From IMG/VR virus record IMGVR_UViG_3300025133_000044, positions 39,524 through 103,523 of that record: a stretch of 64,000 bases of DNA; one strand, given 5' to 3'. This DNA is from a virus. The notes beneath the pieces were generated by a model that saw only the letters and a program-made list of their open reading frames with translations, ran no database searches and was not told the origin of the DNA. Both the position numbers and the translations under genes were made by a program. Positions within the stretch are counted from its first letter, which is position 1; every line of letters starts with the position of its first letter. Shown piece after piece: positions 63,229 to 64,000 of the stretch.

Positions 63229-64000
63229 TTATAGTTGGTCATCACAGTCTTCTTCCTCGGAAAGTTGCATATCCAGAGCTTGTCTTTCTTCATACAAATC
63301 CAAAAACATTAAAGCAAGATACACCATACCAGGAATAGTGCCTGATGGGCCGCCGAGCGGGGATAAGCCGCCCAAGAGCGGTATAGTACATGGGACAAGA
63401 GAAGCCCAAACGGCTGGCAACGCGTAAGGAGACTGCGCGGCGCTGACGATCTTTTTTGCCTCTTTTACAGCATTATCTAATTGATCTCTTACTGAATCTA
63501 GCTCATCGCCGGCAGCTTCAGAAACATTTTTAGCAGCGATATACGTTTCCTGAGCATCAAGTAGTTCGTCCAAAATTTCCAAAAAGGCGTCCTTTTTTGC
63601 TTGTTCGGGGTCGCTTAATCCCTGCTCTGGTTGCAGATCCTCGGGCTCGTCGCCCGCCTCGGTCGTTCCGGGAGGGGGCGCCATGGTTTTTTCTAGAGGG
63701 AGTTTCCACGTGTCTGGTTCTCCTTCAAGTACAAGGCACGTTGCGCCTTCGTCACCGCAACAAGGTGCTGCGCCGTCGTCACCGCAAGATTGCCCGGGCT
63801 CGTCGGTTCCCTGGCCTTCGAGAGCTTCCTGCAGTACTGATGCCTCCGCGCCTTCTTCACCCATCTGGTCCTGGTCCAGTTTGGGATCGGAGCCAGGGGT
63901 GAAGTGGTTTTTAGTGTCTTTAGCTAATTTATTCCATGCCGCAAGGGCCGGTGTTGCGGCTACCTTCGCAGCGATGGCAGCTTGACTCAGTGCCATGTCA
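63229..64000 (-). CDS. C-terminal part of a hypothetical protein entering from outside the window
   Basis: Frame is open beyond ATG 63996 to the window edge; acidic/Cys-rich loop and a hydrophobic P..G.IPG.VYLAL end. Confidence 0.6.
   Translation of the reverse strand, partial: DMALSQAAIAAKVAATPALAAWNKLAKDTKNHFTPGSDPKLDQDQMGEEGAEASVLQEALEGQGTDEPGQSCGDDGAAPCCGDEGATCLVLEGEPDTWKLPLEKTMAPPPGTTEAGDEPEDLQPEQGLSDPEQAKKDAFLEILDELLDAQETYIAAKNVSEAAGDELDSVRDQLDNAVKEAKKIVSAAQSPYALPAVWASLVPCTIPLLGGLSPLGGPSGTIPGMVYLALMFLDLYEERQALDMQLSEEEDCDDQL

Noticed and set aside
7-63985. Numerous + strand ORFs and short alternative-frame minus ORFs in the track
   Set aside because: They are antisense or frame shadows of long minus-strand genes, with no SDs or recognisable motifs.
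1-64000. Alternative genetic code (TAG/TGA recoding), as in some jumbo phages
   Set aside because: Core genes are full length in code 11, and TAA, TAG and TGA all terminate genes at sensible ends.
1-64000. tRNA genes, CRISPR arrays, IS elements
   Set aside because: Intergenic gaps are short; no cloverleafs, regularly spaced repeats or transposase motifs were found by eye.

Overview
This window is 64 kb from the genome of a large, uncultured-type myovirus (T4-superfamily-like jumbo phage, AT-rich, standard genetic code). It covers almost the whole virion morphogenesis region, and every credible gene is on the minus strand. In transcription order (right to left): baseplate wedge genes (gp25-like, gp6/J-like, a DNRLRE-like protein, a 2709-aa gp7/I-like wedge with LamG and MAM domains), several very large tail/baseplate proteins, an embedded recombination/replication block (RuvC-like resolvase, primase, single-chain Mre11-Rad50/SbcDC), holin and spanin-like genes, terminase, portal, a DUF1360-like CxxC membrane protein with a micro-peptide, prohead protease, a phage-encoded ribosomal protein bS21, a fibre, scaffold, major capsid, neck proteins, sheath, tube, a tail chaperone pair with a +1/-2 slippery site, tape measure and a baseplate/tube-initiator gene. 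The most unusual signals are: (1) a mobile ~130-160-aa module inserted into loops of three different virion proteins, nested three-deep (Russian-doll style) inside a LamG domain; (2) pervasive [ST]-[GAS]-S tripeptides in virion proteins, a candidate modification sequon; (3) a non-T4 late promoter motif (CTA[TAC]TTA) alongside sigma70-type promoters and strong SD sites in a bS21 phage; (4) a +1/-2 frameshift linking gp26-like and gp51-like genes; (5) N-terminal capsid-targeting-like tags; (6) a 95-codon repeat with near-identical protein but heavily recoded DNA. All protein assignments come from motif recognition and gene order, not from database searches.
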